Assembly: GCA_040387495.1 (NCBI GenBank)
Contig: JAZKDQ010000001.1
Coordinates: 124,001 to 188,000 of the forward strand
Origin: Pseudomonadota bacterium
GTDB taxonomy: Bacteria; Pseudomonadota; Alphaproteobacteria; Paracaedibacterales; CAIOTO01
Length of the DNA: 64,000 bases
Direction of reading: 5' to 3'
The notes below the pieces were generated by a model. That model was not told where the DNA came from. It did not search any database and saw nothing but the letters and a program-made list of their open reading frames with translations. Position numbers and translations under genes: made by a program. Of this stretch, positions 1 through 11,239 are shown piece by piece. The first letter of the stretch is position 1; each line of letters begins with the position of its first letter.

Positions 1-416
1 ATGGACAAGCTATTGTGCCTGAAATGGGATCTTATGGCATCGGTGTATCACGTTTGGTTGCGGCTATTATTGAGGCGAATCATGACGATGCAGGAATCAT
101 TTGGCCAGATGCGGTTGCGCCATTTAAAGTAGCGTTGATTTCAGCAAAAACAAGTGATGAAGCGTGCGATGCGATTGCGAATGATATCTATGGAAAGCTT
201 ACACGTGCTGGCGTTGAGGTGTTGTTTGACGATCGTGACGATCGCCCTGGCGCAAAGTTTGCAACGATGGATTTGATCGGCATTCCGCATCATCTGATTG
301 TGGGTAATAAAGCAATTCAAGAATCGATGGTGGAATATAAAAATCGCCGCACGGGTGCGCGTGAAATGATTGCGTTGTCAGCTGTTGATGCGTGGATTGA
401 CGGGATGCGTGGGTAG
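1..416 (+). CDS. proS: Prolyl-tRNA synthetase, C-terminal part (5' end outside window)
   Basis: [11 protein letters not shown] motif 3, GIIWP..APF, anticodon-binding domain [21 protein letters not shown]. Confidence 0.95.
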   Translation, partial: GQAIVPEMGSYGIGVSRLVAAIIEANHDDAGIIWPDAVAPFKVALISAKTSDEACDAIANDIYGKLTRAGVEVLFDDRDDRPGAKFATMDLIGIPHHLIVGNKAIQESMVEYKNRRTGAREMIALSAVDAWIDGMRG

Positions 417-639
417 CATCAATATTAATTTAAAATTATTGTAAAAAATATAATGTGTTATTTTTATTGCAAGGTTAAGTTGTTTGGATTTTTTAATAAA
501 ATTTAATAGCGCTGCAATAAGAATAGCAAATTATAATACCGGATTTTGTTTTTGTAATGATAAGGTAAACTCTGCTGGATGTAGAGAAAATATTAAGATC
601 TACTTTTGGTATGATGATCAATCAAGCAAAATTTATTCT

Positions 640-828
640 TTACACATAGTAACACCATAAAGAACCTATGACGATGCTCGCAAGAACCATAATTCTTCGC
701 CTAACATATACCTCTTTCGGATGCGTGAAAAACTCATTGGACATTGCCTGCTGCAAATATTGCTCTACGCTTTTTCTTTTGCTTCTTCTTTGAATAAAGA
801 AATCTTGCTCATACACGATATGCGACAT
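640..828 (-). CDS. Small protein (62 aa) with C-terminal hydrophobic segment
   Basis: AAGAGGA Shine-Dalgarno-like motif upstream of ATG; ends RRRIMVLASIVIGSLWCYYV. Confidence 0.55.
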   Translation of the reverse strand: MSHIVYEQDFFIQRRSKRKSVEQYLQQAMSNEFFTHPKEVYVRRRIMVLASIVIGSLWCYYV

Positions 829-1352
829 TTATTATGTTCCTCTTATTTCTAACGGTTCATTAAATATGTTTTGTTTGGGTTAAAAATCTTATAAAGAAAA
901 CATAACCTGATTAAAATTATAATGAAATGTGAATAAGTCTTTGTTTTTCTCGGTTTTATGTGCATTTTTAGTTATTTTTCAGAAAGATGTTTTAAGATTC
1001 AACTTAAAAGTGTATTTGGTCCTTGTTGCCACTTGTGTGATTTAATGAGAGGGTATTATTTTATAGGGCCTGATTCTAAGTATGTTACGAAAAATTTCAG
1101 GAATAAATTACTTTTCATTTTTGATTACAGGATGAGTGGTATGTTGATGAAATACAGTAGATACGGCGGAGCTTGTCCATCTTCCGTACGTGGGACAAAG
1201 CTCGGGAGATAGCCATTATTCTTTTATTGAATTGTATTTAATGCAATATTAATTTCCAATCGAAAAATACTTTATACTCGCAAAAGTGCCGCTGTTTCAT
1301 AAAAATCTGTTGTCAATTGGTTCTATGAAACTCTGAATTTTTGTGAATTTCA

Positions 1353-1381
1353 TTGAAACTGCGGGGTGTCTCCGCTATCTT
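1353..1381 (+). promoter_or_regulatory. Putative sigma70 promoter of lepA
   Basis: TTGAAA-N17-TATCTT ending 54 nt before the lepA ATG. Confidence 0.4.
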
Positions 1382-1434
1382 TAAGGGTGACATTTTTATT
1401 TCCACATAATCAGAATTGATAAAGTATAAATCGT

Positions 1435-3243
1435 ATGAAAAATATTAGAAACTTCTCCATCGTTGCTCACATTGACCACGGAAAATCAACGCTTGCCGAT
1501 CGGCTAATTCAATTTTGCGGCGGACTTGAGATTCGTGAGATGAAAGAACAAGTTCTTGATTCGATGGATATTGAACGTGAACGTGGCATTACGATTAAGG
1601 CACAAACCGTGCGATTAACGTATAAAGCAAAGGATGGCGAAACCTATTATTTGAATCTGATGGATACTCCAGGGCATGTTGACTTTGCATACGAAGTAAG
1701 CCGTTCATTGGCGGCGTGCGAAGGTTCGCTGCTTGTGGTGGATGCTAGTCAAGGTGTTGAAGCACAAACACTAGCCAACGTATATCAAGCTATTGATAAT
1801 AATCATGAAATTGTAACGATTCTCAATAAAATTGACCTGCCGGCAGCAGAGCCAGAACGCGTCATCGCACAAATTGAAGAAGTGATTGGCATTGATGCGT
1901 CAGAGGCCGTTCATATTTCAGCTAAGACTGGGCTTGGTATTCCGGATGTGCTCGAGGCGATCGTAAAACGTTTGCCGGCGCCTAAATCAGAGTTTGGTGA
2001 TGATACAAAAAACAGGCCGTTAAAGGCATTGTTGGTTGATAGTTGGTACGACACGTATCTTGGCGTTATCATTCTTGTCCGAATTATGGAAGGCACCTTA
2101 AAGGGTGGTCAAAAGATACGGATGATGAATAGTGGCTCAACACACGAAGTGGATCACGTTGGGTATTTTACACCGAAACAAACGATTGTGCCGGCCTTGT
2201 ATCCGGGTGAAATTGGTTTCTTTACAGCTAGCATTAAACATGTGGCTGATTGCAATGTAGGCGATACTATTACCGAGGAAAAACGTCAAACAGCTTCGGC
2301 GTTGACAGGCTTTAAGCCATCGATTCCTGTTGTGTTTTGTGGTTTGTTTCCAAGTGATGCGGCTGAGTTTGAGCGCCTTCGTGATTGCCTTGCGAAACTT
2401 CATTTGAATGATGCAAGTTTTCATTTCGAGGCTGAAAGTTCAACAGCATTGGGGTATGGTTTCCGCTGTGGCTTTTTGGGATTGTTGCATCTTGAGATTA
2501 TTCAAGAACGATTGGAACGTGAGTTTAACCTTGATCTGATCACAACTGCACCAAGTGTTGTGTATCGTATGCATATGACAAATGGCACGATGATTGAAAT
2601 GCATAATCCAGCTGATATGCCTGACGTGGTTAAAATTGAGAAAATTGAAGAACCTTGGATTCGCGCAACAATTTTAGTACCAGATGAGTACTTGGGATCA
2701 ATCCTAACGTTGTGTACTGAACGGCGCGGCGAACAAATCGACTTAACATATGTTGGCAATCGTGCGATGGCTATCTATAAATTACCACTCAATGAAGTTG
2801 TGTTTGACTTTTATGACCGTCTGAAATCCGTTAGTCGCGGTTATGCGTCGTTTGATTATCAAGTGGATGAATATCGCGAAGGTGATTTAGTTAAGGTGAA
2901 TATTTTGGTAAATGCTGAACCTGTTGATGCACTGGCGATGATCCTTCATAGAGGACAGGCTGAGACACGCGGCCGCATGCTGTGTGTACGTCTAAAAGAT
3001 CTTATCCCAAAACAGCTGTTTAAAATAGCAGTGCAAGCGGCCATTGGCGGTAAAATTATTGCACGTGAAAATATCTCGGCTATGAGTAAAGACGTGACTG
3101 CGAAGTGTTATGGCGGTGATATTAGTCGTAAGCGTAAGTTGCTGGATAAGCAAAAAGCCGGTAAAAAGCGTATGCGTCAATTTGGAAACGTCGAGATTCC
3201 ACAAAGTGCGTTTATTGCCGCGCTTAAGATGGGGGATGATTGA
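1435..3243 (+). CDS. lepA: Elongation factor 4 (LepA)
   Basis: [26 protein letters not shown]-terminal [14 protein letters not shown]. Confidence 0.99.
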   Translation: MKNIRNFSIVAHIDHGKSTLADRLIQFCGGLEIREMKEQVLDSMDIERERGITIKAQTVRLTYKAKDGETYYLNLMDTPGHVDFAYEVSRSLAACEGSLLVVDASQGVEAQTLANVYQAIDNNHEIVTILNKIDLPAAEPERVIAQIEEVIGIDASEAVHISAKTGLGIPDVLEAIVKRLPAPKSEFGDDTKNRPLKALLVDSWYDTYLGVIILVRIMEGTLKGGQKIRMMNSGSTHEVDHVGYFTPKQTIVPALYPGEIGFFTASIKHVADCNVGDTITEEKRQTASALTGFKPSIPVVFCGLFPSDAAEFERLRDCLAKLHLNDASFHFEAESSTALGYGFRCGFLGLLHLEIIQERLEREFNLDLITTAPSVVYRMHMTNGTMIEMHNPADMPDVVKIEKIEEPWIRATILVPDEYLGSILTLCTERRGEQIDLTYVGNRAMAIYKLPLNEVVFDFYDRLKSVSRGYASFDYQVDEYREGDLVKVNILVNAEPVDALAMILHRGQAETRGRMLCVRLKDLIPKQLFKIAVQAAIGGKIIARENISAMSKDVTAKCYGGDISRKRKLLDKQKAGKKRMRQFGNVEIPQSAFIAALKMGDD

Positions 3244-3887
3244 TGCCGAGCCATTCAGTTGTAGAAGAAATGAATGCCAAGCCAGCTGCTCAACCAAAGG
3301 GTTGGCTTTATCGTCTCTATAATAAAACATTGGATAATGCGAATTCACCAAAAGCTTTTTGGATTTTTCTAGGCGTTGCATTTGCGGAAAGTTCATTCTT
3401 TCCGTTGCCACCAGATTTGATGATGATTCCTATGGTTGTCGCAAATCGCAATCTTGCATGGCGTTTGGCCTTTTGGGGAACCGTGGCATCAGTACTTGGT
3501 GGCGCGCTAGGCTATTTTATTGGGTCAGCATTATATGCGACGGTTGGTCAATGGTTGATTGAGCTATATCATCTTCAGGCAGGTGCGGAGAAATTTCATC
3601 AAGGTTATAATGAATGGGGCTTTTGGATTATCGTCCTTAAAGGCTTAACACCCGTACCTTACAAAATTGTGACAATCGCTAGTGGTATGGCAAATTATCC
3701 GTTTTGGTCATTTATTGGCGCGTCTGTTATTGCGCGATCATTCCGTTTCTTTTTGTTAGCAGGCTTGCTTTGGAAATTCGGCGCGCTTGCAAAACAATTG
3801 ATGGATCGTTATTTAGGCTGGTGTTTGATGGCATCTTTTGCTCTAATTATAGCTGGATTCATTTTAATAAAGCTGATTACTGGATGA
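3243..3887 (+). CDS. YqaA/DedA (VTT domain) membrane protein
   Basis: FAESSFFPLPPD, SVLGGALGYFIG, GLTPVPYK; TGATG coupling to lepA stop. Confidence 0.88.
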   Translation: MPSHSVVEEMNAKPAAQPKGWLYRLYNKTLDNANSPKAFWIFLGVAFAESSFFPLPPDLMMIPMVVANRNLAWRLAFWGTVASVLGGALGYFIGSALYATVGQWLIELYHLQAGAEKFHQGYNEWGFWIIVLKGLTPVPYKIVTIASGMANYPFWSFIGASVIARSFRFFLLAGLLWKFGALAKQLMDRYLGWCLMASFALIIAGFILIKLITG

Positions 3888-4417
3888 CGACAACACATTG
3901 TTCCAAGAAAATTTTTGATTGTATTACGACTCCCCGAGGTGTTGCTATTGCGTTATTTGCGATGGCGCTTGGTGCATTAATATTTGCGCTTGCTGCTGAA
4001 CATTTCTGGAGTGTTAAGCCATGCGTTCTATGTATGTATCAGCGTTATGTTATGCTTGCCTTGATAGGCGCCGCTGTGATTGGTTTTTTCATCCAGGCAC
4101 GTGCCTTTAGCTGGCTTTATGCACTTATTGTGCTGGCTGGACTTTCAATTGCTGGGTACCATATCGGTGTTGAGCAGCATTGGTGGAAAGGCCCTGATGC
4201 GTGCAGTACGACAGCCCCTGTGGTTGATGCAAAGGCGTCACAAGCTGATCAAATCAAAGCATTTCGTGCAAAAATGAAACAACAATCAACAGCAATTGTT
4301 CGATGCGATGAAGTCAACTGGCGCATCCTTGGTGTATCAGCGACAATTTGGACATTCGTGTTGTATCTAGGAATATTAGGATTCTTGGGTATGAGTTGTG
4401 TTTGTCGAAAATATTAG
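3884..4417 (+). CDS. dsbB: Disulfide bond formation protein B family
   Basis: PCVLCMYQR motif, YHIGVEQHWWKGP..C, second Cys pair; start reassigned to the ATGA overlap at 3884. Confidence 0.85.
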   Translation: MTTTHCSKKIFDCITTPRGVAIALFAMALGALIFALAAEHFWSVKPCVLCMYQRYVMLALIGAAVIGFFIQARAFSWLYALIVLAGLSIAGYHIGVEQHWWKGPDACSTTAPVVDAKASQADQIKAFRAKMKQQSTAIVRCDEVNWRILGVSATIWTFVLYLGILGFLGMSCVCRKY

Positions 4418-4429
4418 TTAGGGTAGTTC

Positions 4430-4942
4430 GTGACTTTACATGATAAAACCGATGAAATGATTCGTGTGAATCACGCGGGTGAATACGGGGCAACACGTAT
4501 TTATGCGGGGCAATTATTTGTACTCGGCAACGATCCAACCATAAAACACATGGCAGAACAAGAGCAGGCGCATCTTGATGCATTTCAACGTATGATTATT
4601 GAGCGTCGGGTACGTCCGTCTGTGTTGCAGCCGCTTTGGTATGTTGGCGGATTTATGATGGGGGCACTCACAGCAATGGCGGGGAGAAACGTCGCGCATG
4701 CTTGCACAGCGGCTGTTGAAACAGTGATTGATACGCATTATAAAGAACAAATGGAAGAGCTCAGCTTTTCTGGAGATGCCGAACTCAATGATTTGGTTAT
4801 AAAATGCCACAAAGATGAATGCGACCATCACGATGTCGTAAACGCTGAGGCTGGAGTTGATTTAGCTGCCACATATCCTATCTTGACATCCGTCATCAAA
4901 CGCATCACCAAGACCGCAATTGAAATTGCGAAAAAAATTTAA
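4430..4942 (+). CDS. coq7: Demethoxyubiquinone hydroxylase (COQ7 family)
   Basis: IRVNHAGEYGA.RIY.GQ, EQAH, AVETVIDTHY, DECDH di-iron motifs; GTG start. Confidence 0.93.
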   Translation: MTLHDKTDEMIRVNHAGEYGATRIYAGQLFVLGNDPTIKHMAEQEQAHLDAFQRMIIERRVRPSVLQPLWYVGGFMMGALTAMAGRNVAHACTAAVETVIDTHYKEQMEELSFSGDAELNDLVIKCHKDECDHHDVVNAEAGVDLAATYPILTSVIKRITKTAIEIAKKI

Positions 4943-5616
4943 AAATCCAAATCTCCGTAGGTTGCAGATGGAGTGATTCCAGGCAACCTGTCATGTAAAA
5001 GTGCTCTAAAGCTTGGACGCGACTTGATGCGTGCATACCAGCTTTTTGCATTTTCGTGTTTGTCCCAAGGTACATCGCCAAGATAATCAACGACTGATAA
5101 ATGCGCTGCGGCAGCAAGGTCTGCAAGTGAGAACTCGTCGCCAGCCAACCAATTACGACGATCAACAAGCCAAGAAATATATTCAAGATGAAAATTGATG
5201 GCCACCTTTGCTTGCCTGATGAGAGGCGAATTTGGTCCCAGTGTATTCATGCTTGCAATGTTTCGTTTGATTACTTTTTCAAAAATAAGGGGCAAGCTAA
5301 ATTCACCTGCACCTTTGCCATCAAACCAGGCCATCAAGCGTCTGACTTCCGCTCTGTGCACGAGCCCATCACCGATAAGCGGTCGATCTGGGTACGCATC
5401 TTCGAGGTATTCACAAATAGCTGAACTATCACATAAAACAGATCCATTAAGATCGATTAATACTGGCACCTGTCCTGCAACGTTAAGTTTTTGAAACTCT
5501 GGACGTTTTTCCCAAAACTGTTCTAACTCGAGTGCAAAATCAAGCTTTTTTTCATGTAAAGCTAAGCGAACTTTGCGCGAAAATGGACATAATGGAAAAT
5601 GATAAAGTGTGCGCAT
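4939..5616 (-). CDS. fzlA: Glutathione S-transferase family, FtsZ-binding FzlA type
   Basis: LYHFPLCPFSRKVRL, SLADLAAAAHLS..DYLG, WYARIKSRPSFRALL, C-terminal DLDF. Confidence 0.85.
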   Translation of the reverse strand: MRTLYHFPLCPFSRKVRLALHEKKLDFALELEQFWEKRPEFQKLNVAGQVPVLIDLNGSVLCDSSAICEYLEDAYPDRPLIGDGLVHRAEVRRLMAWFDGKGAGEFSLPLIFEKVIKRNIASMNTLGPNSPLIRQAKVAINFHLEYISWLVDRRNWLAGDEFSLADLAAAAHLSVVDYLGDVPWDKHENAKSWYARIKSRPSFRALLHDRLPGITPSATYGDLDF

Positions 5617-5696
5617 CTGTAAATTAACCTTCTTTCCCTTTTAGTATAAGCAATATCATGGACGAGGGAAACAATACGATATCATTATCTTGATAT

Positions 5697-8600
5697 TTAT
5701 GTGGATATTTTTCGTTTTTCTTCAATCCAAACATAAAAAAGTGGCGTTATATAAAGCGTGAGCCACTGTGACACGAGTAATCCACCAATAATGCAAACAC
5801 CTAAAGGTTGCCTGAATTCGGCGCCTGACCCATTCCAAAAAGCGATAGGCAAAGCGCCAACGATGGCAGCAAATGTTGTCATCATAATTGGTCTAAAACG
5901 GCGATGGCATGCTTCTGTGATGGCATTCAGTGGAGACAAGCCACCTTCTCGTTGTCTCTCTAGTGCATAATCAATCATCATAATGGCATTTTTCTTTACA
6001 ATACCAATCAAGAGCACAATACCGATAATACCAATAACATCGAGATCAAAACCTAATGCCCATAAAAAGAACAATGCACCAAGTCCTGCGCTCGGTAGGC
6101 CGCTTAGAATTGTAATAGGATGACGAAAACTTTCATACAAAATTCCCAAAATAATATAAATCGTAAAGATTGCGCTTAAGATCAGCATAGCTTGTCCGCC
6201 TTGCGATGACTGGAATGCTTTAGCAGTTCCTTGGAACGTAGTGCTTATTGTCGCCGGTAGTTTGATGTCCTTTTCAATTTGTTTAATAGCAAGAACGGCG
6301 TCACCAAGGCTTTTCCCAGGTACAAGATTAAACGATACGGTTGCTGCAGCCAATCGATTTAGATGGCTAATTGTTAAGGGTGCATTTTTACGTTCCATCG
6401 TAGCAAAAGCTGACATGGGAATAAGTGCGCCATTTTTGTTTGAAACGTAGAGCTTTGATAGATCAGACATCGTTTCAGACTCAGCTTTATTAACACTAAT
6501 GATGACAGGATATGTATCGGCTTCTGTATAAATAGTTGAAATTTGCTGATCTGAATATGCATAACCAATCGCCTCTGTAATTTTTTGTGCCGAAAGACCT
6601 AAACGAGAAGCAACATCACGGTTGATTTTTATATTTGCCTGTAAACTATTCATTTTAAGGTCAGTATTCACGTCCAGAAACCCTGGTGATTTGGAAAGCT
6701 TAGATTCAAGTAAGTTTGTATATTTAGCTAATTCTTTGAAATCTTGCGTTTGAATTGTGTATTGATATTGGCTTTTTGATAATGACCCGCCAATACGTAA
6801 GTTCTGCACGGCTTGCATAGAAACCTTGATATTAGCAACTTCACGAATGGCTGTCCGTAGCTCTTTAATCACTGATTGAACGTCTTTACGCTGGCCGATT
6901 GGTTTTAACACGACAAAAAATCGCCCTTCATTACTCGCAATAGTAGAGCTCGACGATCCTATAGATGTATTAAAGGATTCAATATCTTTGTGTTTTGAAA
7001 GGACTGCAATAAGTTTCTTCTCAGTTTCTATCATAGAAGCAAAGGATGTTTCGGGTAGGACTTCACTTACACCATAAATAAGGCCTGTATCTTCATTAGG
7101 GAAAAATCCTTTAGAAATACACATATAAAATACAACATTGATCACAAGAATAGACAGAACAAAGTGAACAATGTATTTCTGGAATTTAAAAACGCGATCA
7201 AGACTTTCTTTATAAGCCAACTCCATTTTTTCATAAAATAGTTTAAACCAAACAACCATGAAATTCTTGTTTTCATGGTGCTGTGGCGCTAAATATTGAC
7301 TCATCATGGGGATAAGCGTTAGCGATACAAAACCTGATGCTAAAATTGCAATAGCAATGGTCATTGCAAATTCATATAAGAAACGTCCAACAATCCCTGG
7401 CATAAAAAAGACTGGGATAAATACAGCGACGAGTGATATTGTCATCGAAATGACAGTAAAAGAAATCTCACGCGACCCCTTAAAGGCTGCTTCACGGGGG
7501 GATAAGCCCTGCTCACGGCAGGCAATAATATTTTCTAAAACAACAATAGCGTCGTCAATAATGAAGCCAGTAGATAGCGTTAGTGCAAGTAAGGTTAAGT
7601 TATTAAGGCTGAAATTCAAGAAATACATAGCAGAAAATGTGATAAAAATTGAGATGGGTAAGCTAAGAGACGGAATAAGTGTGGCTTGAAAATTACCTAA
7701 AAACATAAAAATAACAAAAACAACAAGTGCAATTGTTAATAAACCTGTTATTTTCACTTCGCTTACTGATTCTTTGATGGATTCTGTTCTATCCACGATG
7801 ACATTCATTTTGATACTTGCAGGCAGTTGTTTTTGAATTTCAGGCAGAATTGCTTTAACGCTGTTTGCAACTTCAATTGAATTCGAACCTGGTTGACGGC
7901 TCACCATCAAGACAATGCTGCGCTCTGAGTTATACCACGCAGCGGTGTACATTTTATCTGTGCTCTCTGATATAGTAGCAACATCTTTTAGTCTAAGGTT
8001 TGTTTGCCCATTCAGCAAAATTTCACCAAATTCTTTTGCCGTCTGAAGATCCGCATCTGGTGAGATTGCATATACTTGATCATGACCCTGTAAAAGCCCT
8101 GCGGCACTATTGACATTTGCTTCACTTACATCACGTGCTACTTGGTCGATACCAAGTCCACGTGCACGTAGGATTTCAGGATTAACACCTATTCGAACAG
8201 CATATTTTTGTCTGCCATTAGCATCAACTTTTGCCACATTTGGTAACATAGATAAGCGCGGTACAATGAAATTATCTGAAAATTGATTAAGTTTCCAAAT
8301 AGGCATTGTATCTGTTCTTAGCGCTATGATGATCACAGGTTGTTCAGATGGATTTACTTTTTTGAAACTAGGTGCTGTTGTCATAGTGGCGGGTAATTTG
8401 CTTTGTGCTGCAGAAATAGCCGTGCCAACATCTTGCGCTGCTGTGTTAATTTTCACATCTAGGTTAAATTGCAATGTAATTTGTGTGACTTCTTGTGCAC
8501 TATTGGACGTCATCACATCAAGGCCTGGTATGGTTGAAAATTGTTGTTCTAACGGCAATGCTACGGCTTGCGACATTGTTTCAGCGCTGGCGCCAGACAA

Positions 8601-8750
8601 ATTTGCAGTTACGACTATCGTTGGAAATTCAACACTCGGCAATGCATTTACAGGTAGCTTTTGATAAGCAAGTATGCTCATTAATACAAGCCACACCATT
8701 AAAAGCGTAGTCATTACAGGTCGTCTAATAAAAAGTGCTGAAACGTTCAT
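5697..8750 (-). CDS. RND efflux transporter permease (AcrB/MdtBC family)
   Basis: FIRRPVMTTL start, IIDDAIVVLENI, GIVKKNAIMMID, RFRPIMMTT; 1017 aa. Confidence 0.96.
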   Translation of the reverse strand: MNVSALFIRRPVMTTLLMVWLVLMSILAYQKLPVNALPSVEFPTIVVTANLSGASAETMSQAVALPLEQQFSTIPGLDVMTSNSAQEVTQITLQFNLDVKINTAAQDVGTAISAAQSKLPATMTTAPSFKKVNPSEQPVIIIALRTDTMPIWKLNQFSDNFIVPRLSMLPNVAKVDANGRQKYAVRIGVNPEILRARGLGIDQVARDVSEANVNSAAGLLQGHDQVYAISPDADLQTAKEFGEILLNGQTNLRLKDVATISESTDKMYTAAWYNSERSIVLMVSRQPGSNSIEVANSVKAILPEIQKQLPASIKMNVIVDRTESIKESVSEVKITGLLTIALVVFVIFMFLGNFQATLIPSLSLPISIFITFSAMYFLNFSLNNLTLLALTLSTGFIIDDAIVVLENIIACREQGLSPREAAFKGSREISFTVISMTISLVAVFIPVFFMPGIVGRFLYEFAMTIAIAILASGFVSLTLIPMMSQYLAPQHHENKNFMVVWFKLFYEKMELAYKESLDRVFKFQKYIVHFVLSILVINVVFYMCISKGFFPNEDTGLIYGVSEVLPETSFASMIETEKKLIAVLSKHKDIESFNTSIGSSSSTIASNEGRFFVVLKPIGQRKDVQSVIKELRTAIREVANIKVSMQAVQNLRIGGSLSKSQYQYTIQTQDFKELAKYTNLLESKLSKSPGFLDVNTDLKMNSLQANIKINRDVASRLGLSAQKITEAIGYAYSDQQISTIYTEADTYPVIISVNKAESETMSDLSKLYVSNKNGALIPMSAFATMERKNAPLTISHLNRLAAATVSFNLVPGKSLGDAVLAIKQIEKDIKLPATISTTFQGTAKAFQSSQGGQAMLILSAIFTIYIILGILYESFRHPITILSGLPSAGLGALFFLWALGFDLDVIGIIGIVLLIGIVKKNAIMMIDYALERQREGGLSPLNAITEACHRRFRPIMMTTFAAIVGALPIAFWNGSGAEFRQPLGVCIIGGLLVSQWLTLYITPLFYVWIEEKRKIST

Positions 8751-9925
8751 ACAGCAACCTTTTCTGATGTTTTTTTCGTTAGTTTCTCATTTTGAATCAT
8801 TGCTTTTGCACCATTAGTTAGCCTTATTTGTCCCTCAGTCACGATAGCGTCTTTGTCCGAAATGCCAGACTCAATAACTACAACTGCATCAAGTGTATCT
8901 TTGACAACAATAGGTTTCTTTTTCACAGTTTTATCTTTTTCATCGTAAGAAAAAACAAAGGCTCCATCTTGCCCCATTTGCAATGCTTCTATAGGGATTG
9001 TGATGGCATTTTTATGTTCACCAAATTGAATTTTACCAACCACAGACATGCCAGGACGTAACATTAGATTTTTATTTTCTACTTCAACCTTAACCCATAG
9101 CGTGCCCGACTTTGTATCAACGCCGCTGTTGAAGGCTACAACTCGCGCGCGAGCCTTAATAGGCTTATCTGCAATGTCTGTCAAAGAAACATCGATTGTT
9201 TCCATTTTTGACTGCAGCAATGCTGGCGCAAAACGTTCGGGCACTTCAAATAACACGGTAATTGGATCCACTTGTTTGATCGAAACCAGAGGTGTATTCT
9301 CACCCTGCCTAACAAAATTACCAATATCAACTTTTAGAAAACCTGCAATTCCATTAAGTGGACTTTTAATATGTGTGTACCCAATTTGAATTTTAAGTGA
9401 ATCGATGAGTGCCTGATCCGAGGCGACGGATGCACGAAGGCCTTTTGCTGTTGCTTCAACTTTATCAAAAGCAGATTTTGATGACATATCACGTTTAGTA
9501 AGTTCCGTATTGCGTGTTAATTCTTTCTCGGCTTGAGACAAAAGCGCAATATCTTTAAGCATGGTGGCTTCGGCCTGACGCAGTTGTGTTTGTAATAACT
9601 CATCGTCAATTTCGATGAGAAGATTGCCTTCCTGTATTGGCTGTCCCTCCTTGAAATGCACTTTTTTGATTGCACCATCGACGCGGTTACGAACAGATAC
9701 TTCTGCCTTTGCTTGAAAGGTGGATGGGATGGAAAGAGTGAGGGGTAGTGTTTGACGTTTAGGCGTTGCGACGCTGATATATGGTATATCTTTTTCAGCT
9801 TTTTTTTGCTTGTTTGTTATTAAGAAAATAATAAGTGTTGCTACACATAGTGTTATTGCAGCAATGACCTTTTTTTTCTTATCAAGCATTATGGTGCTAA
9901 TGATTTTATGTATTTTATCAAGCAT
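8747..9925 (-). CDS. RND periplasmic adaptor (MdtA-like membrane fusion protein)
   Basis: N-terminal TM, lipoyl-like VDGAIKKVHFKEGQ, IKSPLNG, LRPGMSV; overlaps permease start. Confidence 0.93.
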   Translation of the reverse strand: MLDKIHKIISTIMLDKKKKVIAAITLCVATLIIFLITNKQKKAEKDIPYISVATPKRQTLPLTLSIPSTFQAKAEVSVRNRVDGAIKKVHFKEGQPIQEGNLLIEIDDELLQTQLRQAEATMLKDIALLSQAEKELTRNTELTKRDMSSKSAFDKVEATAKGLRASVASDQALIDSLKIQIGYTHIKSPLNGIAGFLKVDIGNFVRQGENTPLVSIKQVDPITVLFEVPERFAPALLQSKMETIDVSLTDIADKPIKARARVVAFNSGVDTKSGTLWVKVEVENKNLMLRPGMSVVGKIQFGEHKNAITIPIEALQMGQDGAFVFSYDEKDKTVKKKPIVVKDTLDAVVVIESGISDKDAIVTEGQIRLTNGAKAMIQNEKLTKKTSEKVAV

Positions 9926-10005
9926 TCTCTTTTTTTCTTATATAAAGCCTCATGGGTCCTTTATATCAGATCTGCCTTAACAAAGACTTAATGCCAAAAA
10001 ACTGA

Positions 10006-11235
10006 TTATTCTTCCTTAAAATGTTCGGGAGGTACTTCTGGTGTCATAACATCACACATAATAGGCTGAATAATATTTTTGCGCCAACCCGTTACTAATG
10101 GATGGGTGTCACAAGGCATGAGAATGTAATCATCTAACATCGCTGATGGAGCTAAATAATGCATAGGCATTACCAAGCGATTAGCTTCAGCATTAAGACG
10201 GACTTTTGCATCAAAAAGTTGCTTTTGTTGTGTTCCTGTAAACATCGTGCCAAGTCCATAACGCAAATGCGAACGCAGTTGACGAAAGTTTTGAATTGAA
10301 TAAAAAGCTTCGAAGCTTGCATTTTGTACGTCGCTAAAAGCAGCCAGAAATTCTGGTGTTACTTTATCAAGTGGCGGTAGTGGATGCAGTGATAATAATG
10401 TTATTTGTTCTTGTTCTTCGAATTCCACTACCTGTGTATCACTCTTTTTATCGCGTACATAAATTGCCATTTGCTGACATAGTTGAATTAAATCAGCATC
10501 GTTTATAACACGTGTTCTATTGTAATTTGATTCTTGTGCGAGTTGTTCTCTGAGGGTGGAAAATTCCTTGCAAAAGAATAGTTCGGTTTCATTCTTAAGA
10601 TGTGAACGGAGTTTGACCCAAGCGTGTTCTGGATTAGTGACCAACCGGGATGGTTGTTCGAGTAATTCACAAAATTCTGTTATCCACGTATGGCGTTCAA
10701 GAGACTCGAGCTGTTCGCAGACGGTCGGATATAGTTCAATTAAATAATGTGCATCCATGGCAGCATACGAAATCTGTGCGGGACGGAGAGGGCGCATTTC
10801 CCAATTACTATGTTGTTCCGACTTGTTTGGTGACTCACCAAGCAATTGTTCGACGAGATCACCAAGGCCAATACTGTGACCAAAGCCCATAAATGCAGCG
10901 GCAATTTGTATGTCAAAAATGGGGCTAGGCAGTGTTTTGAAAAGTCTTAAAAATCCTTCTAAATCCTGACGCGCTGAATGAAATACTTTTACGATCGAGG
11001 TATCTGAAAAAAGAGATAATAGTGGTGACCAATCAGTAATGATTTTACAATCAATGACTAAAATGGGTTCGCCTGGAATACCTATTTGAATGAGCTCAAG
11101 GCGCGGCCAATAGGTTGTGCGTCGCGTAAATTCAGTGTCGATCGCAAGGAACATTGGCTTTTGTGAATGAAACGCTGCAATGGCTACTTTTAGCGTATTA
11201 TTATCTTGTATTAGTTGTAGTGGGATTTGAGTCAC
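10006..11235 (-). CDS. rnd: Ribonuclease D
   Basis: LAIDTEF.R..TYWP.L.LIQ, KVFHSARQD, W.MRPL..AQISYAAMD, HRDC-like region, GWR. Confidence 0.92.
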   Translation of the reverse strand: MTQIPLQLIQDNNTLKVAIAAFHSQKPMFLAIDTEFTRRTTYWPRLELIQIGIPGEPILVIDCKIITDWSPLLSLFSDTSIVKVFHSARQDLEGFLRLFKTLPSPIFDIQIAAAFMGFGHSIGLGDLVEQLLGESPNKSEQHSNWEMRPLRPAQISYAAMDAHYLIELYPTVCEQLESLERHTWITEFCELLEQPSRLVTNPEHAWVKLRSHLKNETELFFCKEFSTLREQLAQESNYNRTRVINDADLIQLCQQMAIYVRDKKSDTQVVEFEEQEQITLLSLHPLPPLDKVTPEFLAAFSDVQNASFEAFYSIQNFRQLRSHLRYGLGTMFTGTQQKQLFDAKVRLNAEANRLVMPMHYLAPSAMLDDYILMPCDTHPLVTGWRKNIIQPIMCDVMTPEVPPEHFKEE

Positions 11236-11239
11236 AGAA

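Noticed and set aside
454..660. Stop-free plus-strand frame of 69 codons after proS
   Set aside because: No ATG or RBS and no recognisable homology; a pseudogene fragment cannot be supported.
958..1212. 84-aa ORF upstream of lepA
   Set aside because: No RBS, no recognisable motif, composition typical of intergenic DNA.
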